From positions 1 to 64,000 of the forward strand of contig JBNKTL010000023.1 in the NCBI GenBank assembly GCA_050298055.1: a stretch of DNA of 64,000 bases, in the 5' to 3' direction. Shown piece by piece: positions 36,724 to 47,485 of the stretch; the first letter of the stretch is position 1, and every line of letters begins with the position of its first letter. The DNA comes from Spirochaetota bacterium. Lineage in GTDB: Bacteria; Spirochaetota; UBA4802; UBA5550. The position numbers were made by a program, and so were the translations under genes. The notes under the pieces were generated by a model. The model was given only the letters and a program-made list of their open reading frames with translations. It was not told the DNA's origin and searched no databases.

Positions 36724-37323
36724 ATGGCCCGGGAAAAAGTCAATATATCACGTCCCTCCGGTGATACGGAGAGAGAAGCCGTCGATGAGTTAAGTACACA
36801 GGAGCTGAGAGACAGGCTGATAAAAGAAAAACGGGCGGAAGAGGACACAATAAACGATTTTGAAAAGATGGTCCTTGAGAAAATCAGGAAAGTTGATGAA
36901 CTTAAGGAGCTGGATGACCTGATAAAGGCTCGAAGGGCCCGGGAGGACATTGTATCGGAAAAAACAGACCTGGACAGGATCGTCAGGGAGAGAAAGATAC
37001 TGGAAGACAACAGAAGTGACCTCCAGCGGCTTGTGGAAATAAGGAAATCCGAAGAGGGACTTATTACCGAACTGGAAAAGCTTATCGCGTTGAGAAGGTT
37101 AAAGGAGATGGAACTTTCCGATCTTGAGAAACTGATCCTCTACAGGAGAAACGAAGGATCAACGGAATACCAGAGGGACAACCTCATACGGATACGGCGC
37201 CTGGAAGAGGACATGTCACGGGAGAGGGAGAGGATAGTCCGATACAGGAGACAGAAAGAGAAAGAGAGGACCCCCCTGGAAATGATCATCGAGAAGAGGC
37301 GCGACCGGGAAGAGAGGCTCTAG
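36724..37323 (+). CDS. Charged coiled-coil protein built from ~19-21-aa tandem repeats
   Basis: Repeated [DE]-x-[LIV]-[LIV]-x-x-R-[RK]-x-x-E...[DE]-L units (EKLIALRRLKEMELSDL, EKLILYRRNEG..., DDLIKARRAREDIV...). Confidence 0.6.
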   Translation: MAREKVNISRPSGDTEREAVDELSTQELRDRLIKEKRAEEDTINDFEKMVLEKIRKVDELKELDDLIKARRAREDIVSEKTDLDRIVRERKILEDNRSDLQRLVEIRKSEEGLITELEKLIALRRLKEMELSDLEKLILYRRNEGSTEYQRDNLIRIRRLEEDMSRERERIVRYRRQKEKERTPLEMIIEKRRDREERL

Positions 37324-37330
37324 CAATAAT

Positions 37331-37705
37331 TTATCGAACCGGTTCCGTATACCGGAAGAGGATCTTTCCCTCATGGTTTCTGCCCATAATGAACTTCATA
37401 TGCCGGAGGGTGGACATCTCGTTTTTCAGCTTCTGAGGTGTCATATCTTTATCAAGTTTTTTCAGAATATCATCGGGAGCGATCTCACCGGCTGAGCGGA
37501 TGATTTCCAGAATTTCATTCTGCAGGGCGGAAAGCTGGTCCGGTGCTTCCGAATCCATTGTCTTTGAAGCAATATAATTCGCCCAGGGATCACAGCCCAC
37601 TGAGGGAGAAAGAGCGTCCATATAGCAGTCTTCACAGAGCATTTTTGAACTGTATTCCCGTTCTTCCCCCCGGGGTATTACCGTACCGCACCTTTCGCAG
37701 TTCAT
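37331..37705 (-). CDS. Zinc-ribbon protein (CxxC...CxxC at N-terminus), unknown function
   Basis: MNCERCGTVIPRGEEREYSSKMLCEDCY. Follows the HAMP membrane gene after a 4-nt gap. Confidence 0.55.
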   Translation of the reverse strand: MNCERCGTVIPRGEEREYSSKMLCEDCYMDALSPSVGCDPWANYIASKTMDSEAPDQLSALQNEILEIIRSAGEIAPDDILKKLDKDMTPQKLKNEMSTLRHMKFIMGRNHEGKILFRYTEPVR

Positions 37706-37709
37706 CCCT

Positions 37710-38348
37710 CTATCCCCGGCCTTTCTTCTCCTTTTTTTCCAGTTCTATGAGCCTCTCGCCCATCTGCCTGAAAAGAGAAAAGAACTCCTTAAATTCATCC
37801 TTCTCCCGGAGGTCCCGCATATCAGGCGACATCCCGTCAAGTATCTCCCTGATATGTCTTGACATGATGAAGATGGGGCCGGATATCCTGTGCGTATGCC
37901 TGATCATCTGTATATAAAGAACTATTATTCCCGCGATTGTTATTGCAATAATAATTGAAATCAGCCAGCCGTTCATGTTCATGATCTCCCTGTTGGCGTT
38001 CTGAACACTGCTGTTGGAGTCAACCGCTGCCTTGAGGATATCCATACTTTTATTGTAATCATTCGCCAGCTTCCCCGCAGTTTTCGCATAGGTCCCGGTG
38101 GGGCCGGTCCCGGGCATCAGGGAAAAGCTGACAATGATGTCCTGCTGGAGCTCAAAGATCTTCTGGATCTTCTTTGTGTTGTCAATGATAAACTTGTTGT
38201 TTGACTCAATCTTTTCACTGTTGCCGTTAAGAATAATTCCTGCCGCCACAATAATCACTGTTACGAGTGCACCCACAAAACCGATAACAGCAAATGATTT
38301 CTTGAACTGAAAATCTCTGTCGATAATATAGCTTCTTTTGTATTTCAT
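37710..38348 (-). CDS. Membrane protein with two TM helices and a HAMP-like linker
   Basis: TM1 FAVIGFVGALVTVIIVAAGIIL, TM2 WLISIIIAITIAGIIVLYI, then an amphipathic HAMP-like region. No output domain. Confidence 0.55.
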   Translation of the reverse strand: MKYKRSYIIDRDFQFKKSFAVIGFVGALVTVIIVAAGIILNGNSEKIESNNKFIIDNTKKIQKIFELQQDIIVSFSLMPGTGPTGTYAKTAGKLANDYNKSMDILKAAVDSNSSVQNANREIMNMNGWLISIIIAITIAGIIVLYIQMIRHTHRISGPIFIMSRHIREILDGMSPDMRDLREKDEFKEFFSLFRQMGERLIELEKKEKKGRG

Positions 38349-38633
38349 GTAATTAACTCATTTGTAATTTTAATCATATTTACCTGAAAAAGCATTTTTT
38401 TCAAGTAATTTTGCATAAGGAACAAAATATTATTAACCGGAGAGGGCTCTGACCCCTGAATTTTACTCCGGGCAGCAGATTTATGGGGGCTCTGACCCCA
38501 TTTTACAATTTTTTCGTAATATTTATGTTACTTTTCCCCCCCCTGCCCGTTTTACATCCAGAACAGCAAAACAAAAGACAATGCATGTTCAAATACTACA
38601 GGCTGTTTGAAGCCATTATACGGAGGCCAGAAA

Positions 38634-40292
38634 ATGAGATTATACGGCAAAATTTTTATTCTCGTGACCGCTGTCATTGCAGTAAGCATACTCTTTTATT
38701 GCGGTGACAGCACAAAAATCGGGAAAAACGTCAGGGAAGACAGGAGTGAAGTGAGAAAGCCCTATCCGGCAACCACTGCCCTTCAACCGCCTATGGAACA
38801 AAAGGCAAGGGCCGGAAAAAGAGGAATGGGTGTAGCCGGGATGGTAGACGATGGTACGGGAGGATACAGGGTCCCCCACGATACAGAAGAGTATACACGC
38901 ATCTATGAAAATGAATATAAAGAGGCCATCAAGAACCCCCTCTCCACATTTTCAATCGATGTTGATACAGCCTCATACGCCAATGTACGGCGTTTTATCA
39001 CGGGAAACAGGATGCCCTATAAAGACGCAGTACGCATTGAGGAGATGATCAATTACTTCAGCTACGACTACCCGGAACCGGGGGGAAAGCATCCCTTCTC
39101 ATTTATCAGTGAGATATCGGAAACACCGTGGAACAGCGGGACACGGCTCCTCCACATAGGGCTCCAGGGGAAAAAGGTATCACTCAAAGAGATCCCTCCC
39201 CAGAACCTTGTGTTTCTCATAGATGTTTCCGGGTCCATGTCCTCTCCCAATAAACTTCCCCTTCTCAAGAAGGCATTCAGACTCATGGTGAACCAGCTCC
39301 GGGACAGGGACAGGGTTGCCATTGTAGTCTATGCCGGCGCAGCGGGTCTTGTCCTTCCCTCAACATCATGCAGCGAGAAGCAGAGGATTATTGAGACATT
39401 CGAAAAGTTCAATGCCGGGGGCTCAACAGCGGGCGGCGCGGGGATAAAACTGGCATACAGGGTTGCCGGGGAAAACTTTATCCATAAGGGAAACAACAGG
39501 GTGATCCTTGCCACAGACGGTGATTTCAATGTGGGCGCATCGAATACCGGTGAACTTGTACGGATGATCGAGGAGAAGAGGAAGTCGGGGATATACCTCA
39601 CCGTTCTTGGGTTCGGGATGGGAAATTACAAAGATTCGAGAATGGAGCAGCTTGCGGACAAGGGGAACGGAAACTACGCGTACATCGACAATCTCCTTGA
39701 AGCAAAAAAGGTCCTTGTGAACGAAATCGGAGGCACACTGCAGACTATAGCCAAAGATGTAAAGATACAGATCGAATTTAATCCCGCAAAGGTCAGGGAG
39801 TACAGGCTTATCGGTTATGAGAACAGGATAATGGCCGCAAAAGATTTCGATAATGACAGGAAGGATGCCGGCGAGATGGGTGCGGGACATACGGTAACGG
39901 CTCTCTACGAGATTGTTCTGAAAAATGAGAAAAAGGGAAAAAACGACCTCAAGTACAGTACAACTAAGATCAGGGAAGAGGCCCTGAAAAGCAATGAGAT
40001 CGCCACAATCAAGTTCAGGTACAAAAAGCCCGACGGTTCAAAAAGCATACTGGTTGTCAGTCCCATTGAAGAAAAGATTGTAAATCTTAACGAGTCAACC
40101 GACAACTTCAGGTTCTCGGCAGCCGTTGCACAATGGGGTATGATACTCCGGGATTCAAAGTTTAAAAAGAACTCCAGTTACCGTCAGGTCATCTCCCTTG
40201 CAAAAAGCGCAAAAGGAGAGGACAGGGAAGGATACAGGGCCGAGTTCATAAGGCTTGTGGAGATGACAAGGGCACTTGACACCGGAAAGTAA
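38634..40292 (+). CDS. von Willebrand factor A (vWA) domain lipoprotein, YfbK-like
   Basis: MIDAS motif DVSGSM (FLIDVSGSMSS), plus TDG and DG motifs. Start at MRLYGKIF after GGAGG. Lipobox-like LFYCG. Confidence 0.85.
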   Translation: MRLYGKIFILVTAVIAVSILFYCGDSTKIGKNVREDRSEVRKPYPATTALQPPMEQKARAGKRGMGVAGMVDDGTGGYRVPHDTEEYTRIYENEYKEAIKNPLSTFSIDVDTASYANVRRFITGNRMPYKDAVRIEEMINYFSYDYPEPGGKHPFSFISEISETPWNSGTRLLHIGLQGKKVSLKEIPPQNLVFLIDVSGSMSSPNKLPLLKKAFRLMVNQLRDRDRVAIVVYAGAAGLVLPSTSCSEKQRIIETFEKFNAGGSTAGGAGIKLAYRVAGENFIHKGNNRVILATDGDFNVGASNTGELVRMIEEKRKSGIYLTVLGFGMGNYKDSRMEQLADKGNGNYAYIDNLLEAKKVLVNEIGGTLQTIAKDVKIQIEFNPAKVREYRLIGYENRIMAAKDFDNDRKDAGEMGAGHTVTALYEIVLKNEKKGKNDLKYSTTKIREEALKSNEIATIKFRYKKPDGSKSILVVSPIEEKIVNLNESTDNFRFSAAVAQWGMILRDSKFKKNSSYRQVISLAKSAKGEDREGYRAEFIRLVEMTRALDTGK

Positions 40293-40309
40293 AATTGCGT
40301 TTAATTCAA

Positions 40310-40344
40310 AAAGAGGTGTTCAAAACGGACACCTCTTTTTTTTA
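40310..40344 (+). terminator. Rho-independent terminator
   Basis: AGAGGTGT/ACACCTCT stem then TTTTTTT. Confidence 0.7.
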
Positions 40345-40782
40345 TTAGCGGATAGGCACCATTATCTTTTTTATTAACACTTCTTTTTAAACGGGAAAGA
40401 ACCATTTTCAACCGGTACTTCCTTATCAACAAACACATAACATTTTTAATTTTTTTTATTGATTTTCTGGATAATTTTGAATTAGGTTGTAAATATATTT
40501 ACATATACAACCTTCTGGTATTGGATAAAATTATTATGGCTGTTATATTTTCAGGGTTAGTTCTTTTTCAAAAGAATAAGTGTTCCATTACGGAAAACAA
40601 CTATGCCAGTGGTTAAGCTGATTTTATATAAAGTGCCAGAAAATATAAAAAACATATTTAAAGAACACCGGTCCCCAATACAAGTTGAATGGTTTTACTG
40701 TTCAACAACTTCCTGTTGGGTGTAATTATTTTTTGAATTACACAATGACATGTTGAAAAAAAATAATATTGGAGGAATCTCT

Positions 40783-43700
40783 ATGGTTCAATTAGCGAAA
40801 AAACGGAATTCATCAGGGAAGTCAATCTGTTCTTTCATAACCAGCATGGTTTTACAGGTGTTTTTTCTTCTCCTGACAACCGGTACTGTCTCTGCAGCAT
40901 CGGTAACATCAATCACTGCAACACCCGATTCATTCAATGAGGGTGCCTCGTCTACCATCACACTCTCTGCCACAATAACGGGTGATCTTTCAAATTACAC
41001 CTGGGTACAGACCGGTGGTCCGAAAGTGCCGCTCACTGCAACAAGTGAATCAGCAGCCAGCGCCGATGTATCAGGTCTTTCCGTAGCTGTGGATACCGGG
41101 TTAACTTTCAGTCTTACTGTAACGGGAACAGACGGAACAGTTGATTCCCTGAGCACAACGGTGGTCGTATACCCGGTTGATATGACTCCTATTCGGGGAC
41201 CGAATGTCCAGATAGGAGGTTCTTCAACATGCATATCAACATATGAATACAGTGGTACCAAGTGGGCCTTCTTTAATATCGGGAACCGGTTCCTGGCAAC
41301 TCCTGTATCTTCCGTTAAAGGTCCGGTCCATTCAATTTATGTACAGGATTTTATCAATGACATAGACATTATCACCTATAACGGTATAATCTATGCGTTA
41401 CTTTCAACCGGTACATCCGGGATAGTGGCTGTTGACATTTCAAATCCTTCCGCCATGACAATCTACAGGAGCGCTGCCGTAAACTATTACCAGGACGGGA
41501 TTACATTCACGGAAGGAGGCGGAACCATTCTTACTGACAATATCATATCCAGTACCAGCGCCCCCGTTGCAGCCCTGGCAACCGACGGGATAGATCTCTA
41601 TATCGCAGATCCCGAATTTGGAATTCACAAAACAGCACTGGACAATCTGCTGAATCCCACAGGAGCCGTTCTGGAGTCTGACGGGACGCTTCTGATAGAC
41701 AGGGAAAAATATACACTTCAATATGCCGGTGAAAATCCCTGGGGCGGTCCCGTTGATCTCCTTTACTACGGGGGTAAACTCTTCGTGTGCATGAAGGAAC
41801 TGGGTCTCGGCATTTTTGATACCGCTACCCTGGAGCAGGTCGGGAGGTACAATCTCTATACAGATCCGTATATGTACGAAGACTGGTTTATCAGCATGAA
41901 TGTGGAGGATGAGGTACAGTTCGATATAATTACAGGGGATCCTTTTATCGATGACTTCACCGGGATGCCCGACTACAGGCAGACAAGTTTCGAACTTCTC
42001 ACCGTTATGAAAAAAAAATCCACTGATCCCACTCCATGGGCAGATTTCGACCGCTATGGGAAATATTATTACAAGGCGAGAAGTGTCGATATTGCCGAGT
42101 TTAACGGGCGCACAATTGCTTATATTGCATACTCCCTGGGAGGACTGATTGCAGTAGATATTACAGGATACCAGGACGCCGATGCGGTATCCTTTCTCAA
42201 CGGAAAATATCTCGGATATTTCCCGGCAGTCCCGGCAAACGGACCGGACGAACCTACGGGAATCAAGACAAAAAGCATTCTTCCCTACAAAGGTGCGGGG
42301 ATGCTCAAGGAATCAGGTGTTGTTGATGTAAAGATAAAAGGAACTAACGTCTACGCCACCGATCACTTTGCGGGACTGGTTATTGTAAGCAATGCCGGGA
42401 CTCCCGACCTGAGCTGGCACGGCTCGGATTCTCCCTACGATAACGATACGGACGGAATCCTGGGTAACCACTGGCCCGATTACGAGTTTGTCACATCATA
42501 CGACATGACGGCCTGGGACCCCACGGACAACGAATCAATGCCCGTATGGTATTATCATTCACCTGCACTTCTCGTTACTGCAGAGATCAACGGTCACGGC
42601 AACAGGCTCTCCCTCATGGATGATATGGATATTACATCCGCGGGTGAGGTGGATATTCTTGAATGCGCGGGTGCCGGCGGATTCAACTTCATCGACATTG
42701 TTAATCTTGGCGCTTTTGCAATGGAAGACAAGTATACTGTCCCGGTCTACTTTCCCACGACAGAAGAGATAGGCGCAGCACCGGACGGTTCTCCCACTGC
42801 AACAATATCAATAGGCCATTCCGGGGGCATTGATTCATCCGGTTCGTATGTCTATGTTTCAGACGGTCCCCACGGAATATCAGCATGGAAAACCGTGGAT
42901 GAAAACGGGTATCCTACGGATAACATACATCTCGTGGCCAATACCCTGCAGGATGAGTACCCCGCGATTGTAAATGGTGTGAAGATTTACCCTGCATCAC
43001 ATGCAACCAATGTTGTATTCGACCCGGTCAATAATGTCGCCTGGTCCGGAAGTGCCAGCCTGGGACTGCGCCGCGTTGATGTGAACAAAGTTGAATCAGG
43101 TCTGGGAGCAGCGGGTACTCCTCTTCTCCTTCCCCTCCAACTTACCGACTGTTTCGAACACAATGCCGAGTGGGGTACCGTCAAACCGGTTCAATACCAG
43201 GACCACGCATACGATGTGGCTCTTTCGGGCAATTATGCCTTTGTTGCGGACGGAAGCAACGGTCTGACAGTTTATGATATCTCCAAAGAGCCTACCGGGG
43301 CATCGACGGGTTTTTTTGTATCCAATATCGGCTCAGGGAAAAAGAAGCCGGCATTGGGCCGGGCACAGGGAATTGTACTCTGGACCGATCCTCTTACGGG
43401 AAACAGGTATGCTTTTACGGCCAGCGGACCTTATGGAGTCGGAGTTGTTGACGTTACTGACGTGATGAACATGAAACTTGTAAAGGTCTTTGAGCCAATT
43501 AAGATGGAAGACGGCAAGGTCGGAGCGGCTGACGGGCAGGCAATCGACGTGAAGGTTGTGGAGAACTACGCATATTTCTCATATGACAGCTTCGGTGTGG
43601 TAAGCTATCTGATCGAGGACCTCATTGAACCTCTTCCCCCTGGAATCGATCCTACACAGGTATGGAAAGTAAGATCATCAGGAACGCTTTTATATGATTA

Positions 43701-43980
43701 CCGGCCGGAAGCGGCTGGCCGTTTTAAACTCCAGTACATCCCCGGTTTTGAGGAGCAGGCCGGCGGAGCCGTTAAAATGGCAACAAATCTTGTTAACGGT
43801 AAACTTGTTATCTATGCCGCCTTCGGTGAAGCAGGCGTAGTGGCAATAAACTGGACCGATCCTGCTAATCCGGTTCTGGATAACATTGTATCCACATCCG
43901 GTTTCTGTACGGCCGTAACCCTCTCAAATGGAAGGCTGTATGCGGCGGATGGTAACGGCGGATTGGTGTTCTTTAAATAG
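40783..43980 (+). CDS. Large secreted LVIVD-repeat beta-propeller surface protein
   Basis: ~1065 aa. Signal peptide. Repeated G(L/I)(V/I)(A/V)(V/I)D(I/V) motifs (GIVAVDISNP, GLIAVDITG, GLVIVSN, GVVAINWTDPANP, GLTVYDIS). Start at MVQLAKK after GGAGGA. Confidence 0.8.
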   Translation: MVQLAKKRNSSGKSICSFITSMVLQVFFLLLTTGTVSAASVTSITATPDSFNEGASSTITLSATITGDLSNYTWVQTGGPKVPLTATSESAASADVSGLSVAVDTGLTFSLTVTGTDGTVDSLSTTVVVYPVDMTPIRGPNVQIGGSSTCISTYEYSGTKWAFFNIGNRFLATPVSSVKGPVHSIYVQDFINDIDIITYNGIIYALLSTGTSGIVAVDISNPSAMTIYRSAAVNYYQDGITFTEGGGTILTDNIISSTSAPVAALATDGIDLYIADPEFGIHKTALDNLLNPTGAVLESDGTLLIDREKYTLQYAGENPWGGPVDLLYYGGKLFVCMKELGLGIFDTATLEQVGRYNLYTDPYMYEDWFISMNVEDEVQFDIITGDPFIDDFTGMPDYRQTSFELLTVMKKKSTDPTPWADFDRYGKYYYKARSVDIAEFNGRTIAYIAYSLGGLIAVDITGYQDADAVSFLNGKYLGYFPAVPANGPDEPTGIKTKSILPYKGAGMLKESGVVDVKIKGTNVYATDHFAGLVIVSNAGTPDLSWHGSDSPYDNDTDGILGNHWPDYEFVTSYDMTAWDPTDNESMPVWYYHSPALLVTAEINGHGNRLSLMDDMDITSAGEVDILECAGAGGFNFIDIVNLGAFAMEDKYTVPVYFPTTEEIGAAPDGSPTATISIGHSGGIDSSGSYVYVSDGPHGISAWKTVDENGYPTDNIHLVANTLQDEYPAIVNGVKIYPASHATNVVFDPVNNVAWSGSASLGLRRVDVNKVESGLGAAGTPLLLPLQLTDCFEHNAEWGTVKPVQYQDHAYDVALSGNYAFVADGSNGLTVYDISKEPTGASTGFFVSNIGSGKKKPALGRAQGIVLWTDPLTGNRYAFTASGPYGVGVVDVTDVMNMKLVKVFEPIKMEDGKVGAADGQAIDVKVVENYAYFSYDSFGVVSYLIEDLIEPLPPGIDPTQVWKVRSSGTLLYDYRPEAAGRFKLQYIPGFEEQAGGAVKMATNLVNGKLVIYAAFGEAGVVAINWTDPANPVLDNIVSTSGFCTAVTLSNGRLYAADGNGGLVFFK

Positions 43981-43985
43981 AGATA

Positions 43986-44026
43986 TGGCAGGATGATAGC
44001 ACGGCTATCATCCTGCCCTGTTTTAA
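43986..44026 (+). terminator. Rho-independent terminator
   Basis: GGCAGGATGATAGC/GCTATCATCCTGCC 14-bp stem then CTGTTTT. Confidence 0.7.
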
Positions 44027-44195
44027 TTATCAAATTTTTTCATTAAGAGAAGTTATATTTCCATTCTAAACCCATAATAATCAAAAGGCAGACCGCTCCT
44101 TTTATAAAAAAATCATTTTTTTGTGACTTTTGTCACTGACAAAAATATGGAATGTTGGTAGAGTGAACCTTCATTAAAATGAAGGAGGTTTCCCG

Positions 44196-44849
44196 ATGCT
44201 TGCAGATTTTGATTTCTTCACCCGGTTATCCGAAAATTCCCGGCAATTGCTGGAAGAAAATACAAAATTTTTTACATTTACCGAAAAAAAAATCCTTATT
44301 AATAAGGGGGACGTAGTAGGCGGCGTCTATCTCATCGAAGAGGGAAGATTGCGTGTTTTTTCCATTAGCTCAAACAATAAAGAGATCACCCTCTATACAA
44401 TCAAACCCGGAGAATCGTGTATCCTGGCCATAAACTGTGTTTTCTCCGATGTCCTCTATCCTGCCTGGGTAGAAAACGACAAGCCGGTCACAAAGATCGC
44501 CGTTATCCCCTCCTCTGTCTACAGAAAACTCCATGAGAACGAACCGGCAATACAGCAATTTACCGTTAACGTTCTGGCCGAACGAATCTTTGATCTCATG
44601 TCGTCACTGGAAGAGATATCCTGCCTGCCCCTGGACAAAAGGCTGGCCAACTTCCTGCTTAAAAACAGCAGTTCTTCCTATCATATCTCTATGAGCCATG
44701 AAAAGATCGCCTCATATCTCGGAACAGCAAGAGAAGTGGTTACGCGAAACATGAACACACTGGCAAAGCAGGGACTGGTCTCGGTAGAACGGGGTTATTC
44801 AAAAATCCTCTCTGTGGAAAAACTCCGTTCATTTATTGATGCCTGTTGA
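44196..44849 (+). CDS. Crp/Fnr-family transcriptional regulator
   Basis: N-terminal cNMP-binding fold. C-terminal HTH (IASYLGTAREVVTRNMNTLAKQGLV). Confidence 0.85.
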   Translation: MLADFDFFTRLSENSRQLLEENTKFFTFTEKKILINKGDVVGGVYLIEEGRLRVFSISSNNKEITLYTIKPGESCILAINCVFSDVLYPAWVENDKPVTKIAVIPSSVYRKLHENEPAIQQFTVNVLAERIFDLMSSLEEISCLPLDKRLANFLLKNSSSSYHISMSHEKIASYLGTAREVVTRNMNTLAKQGLVSVERGYSKILSVEKLRSFIDAC

Positions 44850-45117
44850 TAAAATCCCGGTTTTCCATTTTTCAAATATCCGGATTTTCGTATCATAAAA
44901 TTATTATTTCCGCAAATATTTTCATATATCCGGCAGACTATACTTTATCTTTAATCCGCTTCTTCACAAGTATTAATCGCAACGACTCCGTCCTGTTCAA
45001 GAATAATGATATCTTCCGTACTTGTTATTTTCATATACTGTGACAAATATCACAGACACAATTAACCAGATGGGATAATTTATAAAAAAATTAATTAATA
45101 CTTTCAGGAGGGTTCTT

Positions 45118-45483
45118 ATGAAAAAGACGGTCAGTATGTTTCTCACACTTATGGTCCTGGCAGGAGGTATCAGCGTTTGTTACTCCGGCTCAAAAATGCA
45201 ACTCTATATCGACACACATGACAAAAAAGACGGGTCCTTTCCTGCCGCAATAACGCCCGAACAGCTGAACAAATTCTATGCAAAATACGCGAAAGCATGC
45301 GAAGATTCAGGGGTTATTATTATACGGACATATGTGAGTACAAAAGACGGCCGCGCTTTTTGTATTACAATGGCCCCATCCGTTGATGCGGTAAAAAAAG
45401 CGCATAAGAAAGCAGGACTGCCCTATAACGGCATTACGGAGGTCTTTGGCGTTGCTCCAAGCGACCTTCTGCTCAACCAGTAA
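45118..45483 (+). CDS. Small secreted hypothetical protein (possibly DUF4242-like)
   Basis: Signal peptide plus ~95-aa domain. Family guess from memory only. Confidence 0.4.
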   Translation: MKKTVSMFLTLMVLAGGISVCYSGSKMQLYIDTHDKKDGSFPAAITPEQLNKFYAKYAKACEDSGVIIIRTYVSTKDGRAFCITMAPSVDAVKKAHKKAGLPYNGITEVFGVAPSDLLLNQ

Positions 45484-45489
45484 CTCAAG

Positions 45490-45545
45490 GTAACAGTGCC
45501 TCATTAATTTTATGACTGATTAATGGGGCACTGTTCTCATTTTCT
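45490..45545 (+). terminator. Hairpin terminator
   Basis: AACAGTGCC ... GGCACTGTT stem followed by CTCATTTT. Confidence 0.5.
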
Positions 45546-45659
45546 GAACCTGCCTGTTATCCCTCAAATTCCACCTCAATTTCCAGAACATTTATTTTTA
45601 AAATGGTAACTACTCAGCTCTCTGGCTATAATCAATTTATTTACTTGAATAACAACGAT

Positions 45660-45690
45660 ATGTCCCCGCCGCCGTAGGCGGCGGGGACAT
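45660..45690 (+). repeat. GC-hairpin element ATGTCCCCGCCGCC-GTA-GGCGGCGGGGACAT followed by a T-run, copy 2
   Basis: 14-bp perfect stem sharing the 12-bp stem of the 34183 copy. Confidence 0.6.
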
Positions 45691-45826
45691 ATCAGTTATC
45701 TTTTTTTAATAAATATGATTATTCTCATACATAACTGAGAGAACAGGAAAATTAAATAAAAAGTTGCCATAATAATGTATATATGAAAAATTTATCCGAA
45801 GCAGCCGGAGCAGGCAGGAGGTGAAA

Positions 45827-47485
45827 ATGACCCTGGAAAATATCCTGGAACAGACAAAAATTTCGGGGATGAAGACCGCAAACATAACACGCCTAATTGT
45901 CGGCACAGTCTCTCTACTTATTGTAGTATCAGCCTCGGGTCAAACATCCCGGCCTGTATTTCTCACATTATTTACCGGTCTTATTCTTTTTCTTATCCTC
46001 ACTTTTATCAATATTCTTTCTGTGAGAAAGAGCATTTACAGTTCAGTTCTCCTCTACATGACTGTGATTTACGAGGTGTCCCTGCCAACCTTTTTTAAGG
46101 TCTCCTTTGCTTTTTCAGGTAACGCGCAGCAGGCAGTAAACGACAGCACATTTTTCTCCGCATATTTTATTATGATTCTTCTTTCTCTCATGCAGAACAG
46201 CAGAAGGATCACCGCACTTGCCGGGTTAACGGCCACTGTGGAATATACTGTCATTGTGTTTTTATCAATCTTTCTCTGGGATGTTCCCGTTATTTCAGGA
46301 TCGGAAGAACTGGGAAAACTGGTAGTGGATAACGAGATCGCAAAAATTGTGATCCTTGGCGGTTTCACCTACATCGGGACCCTTGTATTGAGAAACATGA
46401 ACTCATATGCCCGACGGGCCCTGGAGAACGGGCAGGTGGCCAGTGCAAGGGCCCGGGACCTTCTGGAGATCATGAAAACCGCAACCGGGATGAACCGTGA
46501 TCTTGTTGCCATCAGCGATGAACAGAAGAACATCTGCGGAAAACTCACCGACCTCTCCCAGGAACAGGCTGCCATGAGTGAAGAATTTTCCTCCGTGCAT
46601 GAAGAACAGTACGCGTCCATAGAATCCATCAATAAATCCGCGAAATCACAGCAGGATGAAGCGCGCCAGTCCCTGGAACTGATAAAACTGCTGAGAGAAA
46701 GCCAGAAACGGGTTATCGAACTGGGGGGTATTGTTCTCGAAGAGAACAAACATATTACGAAATCCTCAAGGGAGACCCGGGATAAGCTCAATACTATGGC
46801 CCACACCATGGAGGTAATCAGCAAGGGAGGAGAGTCAATTACAAATTTCATAACAGTTATTAACAACATTACCGACCAGATCAACCTCCTCTCCCTCAAC
46901 GCGGCTATCGAGGCGGCACGGGCCGGTGATCACGGGAAGGGTTTTGCAGTGGTGGCAGATGAGATCGGCAAGCTCGCAACGGCTACCAGTGATAATGCCC
47001 GGGAAATATCCGCACAGCTGGAGCATATCACCTCCGATATCGAAAAGGGCGTGGCCATTGTAAACACCACCCATGAATCCATCAGCAGCGTAACGTCGGT
47101 TATTGAAGGTGTTAACAAAAAGATCGATGTCGTGGGAACTGCCATGGAAGGACAGGATGCTCTTATCACCTCGGTTGAACAGCAGGCGGAACGGGTGGAC
47201 GAACTCTCAAAACAGGTAACCGTGGCTACCCATGAACAGAAGGCATCCATGGAAGAGACTTCCCGGTCGATCCAGAAACTCACCGGAATGGCCCAGAAAA
47301 TCAACGAGAACACAGAGCAGATGTTTCAGGGAGCTAAAATTGTCAGCGACAAGGCCCTTCAGCTGGGAAGCCATATCGATACCGTTCATGTTGCCCCTGA
47401 AGATGAAGGGTTCTCTCAAATCCCCGAAGATACAGAGAAGGAGGGGAAAGATGAAAGTCATCTTGAACAAAGAGGTGTGAATTGA
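45827..47485 (+). CDS. Methyl-accepting chemotaxis protein with multi-TM N-terminal domain
   Basis: MCP signalling motif QINLLSLNAAIEAARAGDHGKGFAVVADEIGKLA. ATG 45827 is preceded by AGGAGG. Confidence 0.85.
   Translation: MTLENILEQTKISGMKTANITRLIVGTVSLLIVVSASGQTSRPVFLTLFTGLILFLILTFINILSVRKSIYSSVLLYMTVIYEVSLPTFFKVSFAFSGNAQQAVNDSTFFSAYFIMILLSLMQNSRRITALAGLTATVEYTVIVFLSIFLWDVPVISGSEELGKLVVDNEIAKIVILGGFTYIGTLVLRNMNSYARRALENGQVASARARDLLEIMKTATGMNRDLVAISDEQKNICGKLTDLSQEQAAMSEEFSSVHEEQYASIESINKSAKSQQDEARQSLELIKLLRESQKRVIELGGIVLEENKHITKSSRETRDKLNTMAHTMEVISKGGESITNFITVINNITDQINLLSLNAAIEAARAGDHGKGFAVVADEIGKLATATSDNAREISAQLEHITSDIEKGVAIVNTTHESISSVTSVIEGVNKKIDVVGTAMEGQDALITSVEQQAERVDELSKQVTVATHEQKASMEETSRSIQKLTGMAQKINENTEQMFQGAKIVSDKALQLGSHIDTVHVAPEDEGFSQIPEDTEKEGKDESHLEQRGVN

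Noticed and set aside
46369-47313. Minus-strand ORFs inside the MCP gene 45827..47485
   Set aside because: Antisense to a conserved MCP signalling domain. Ser/Cys/Arg-rich artefactual translations.
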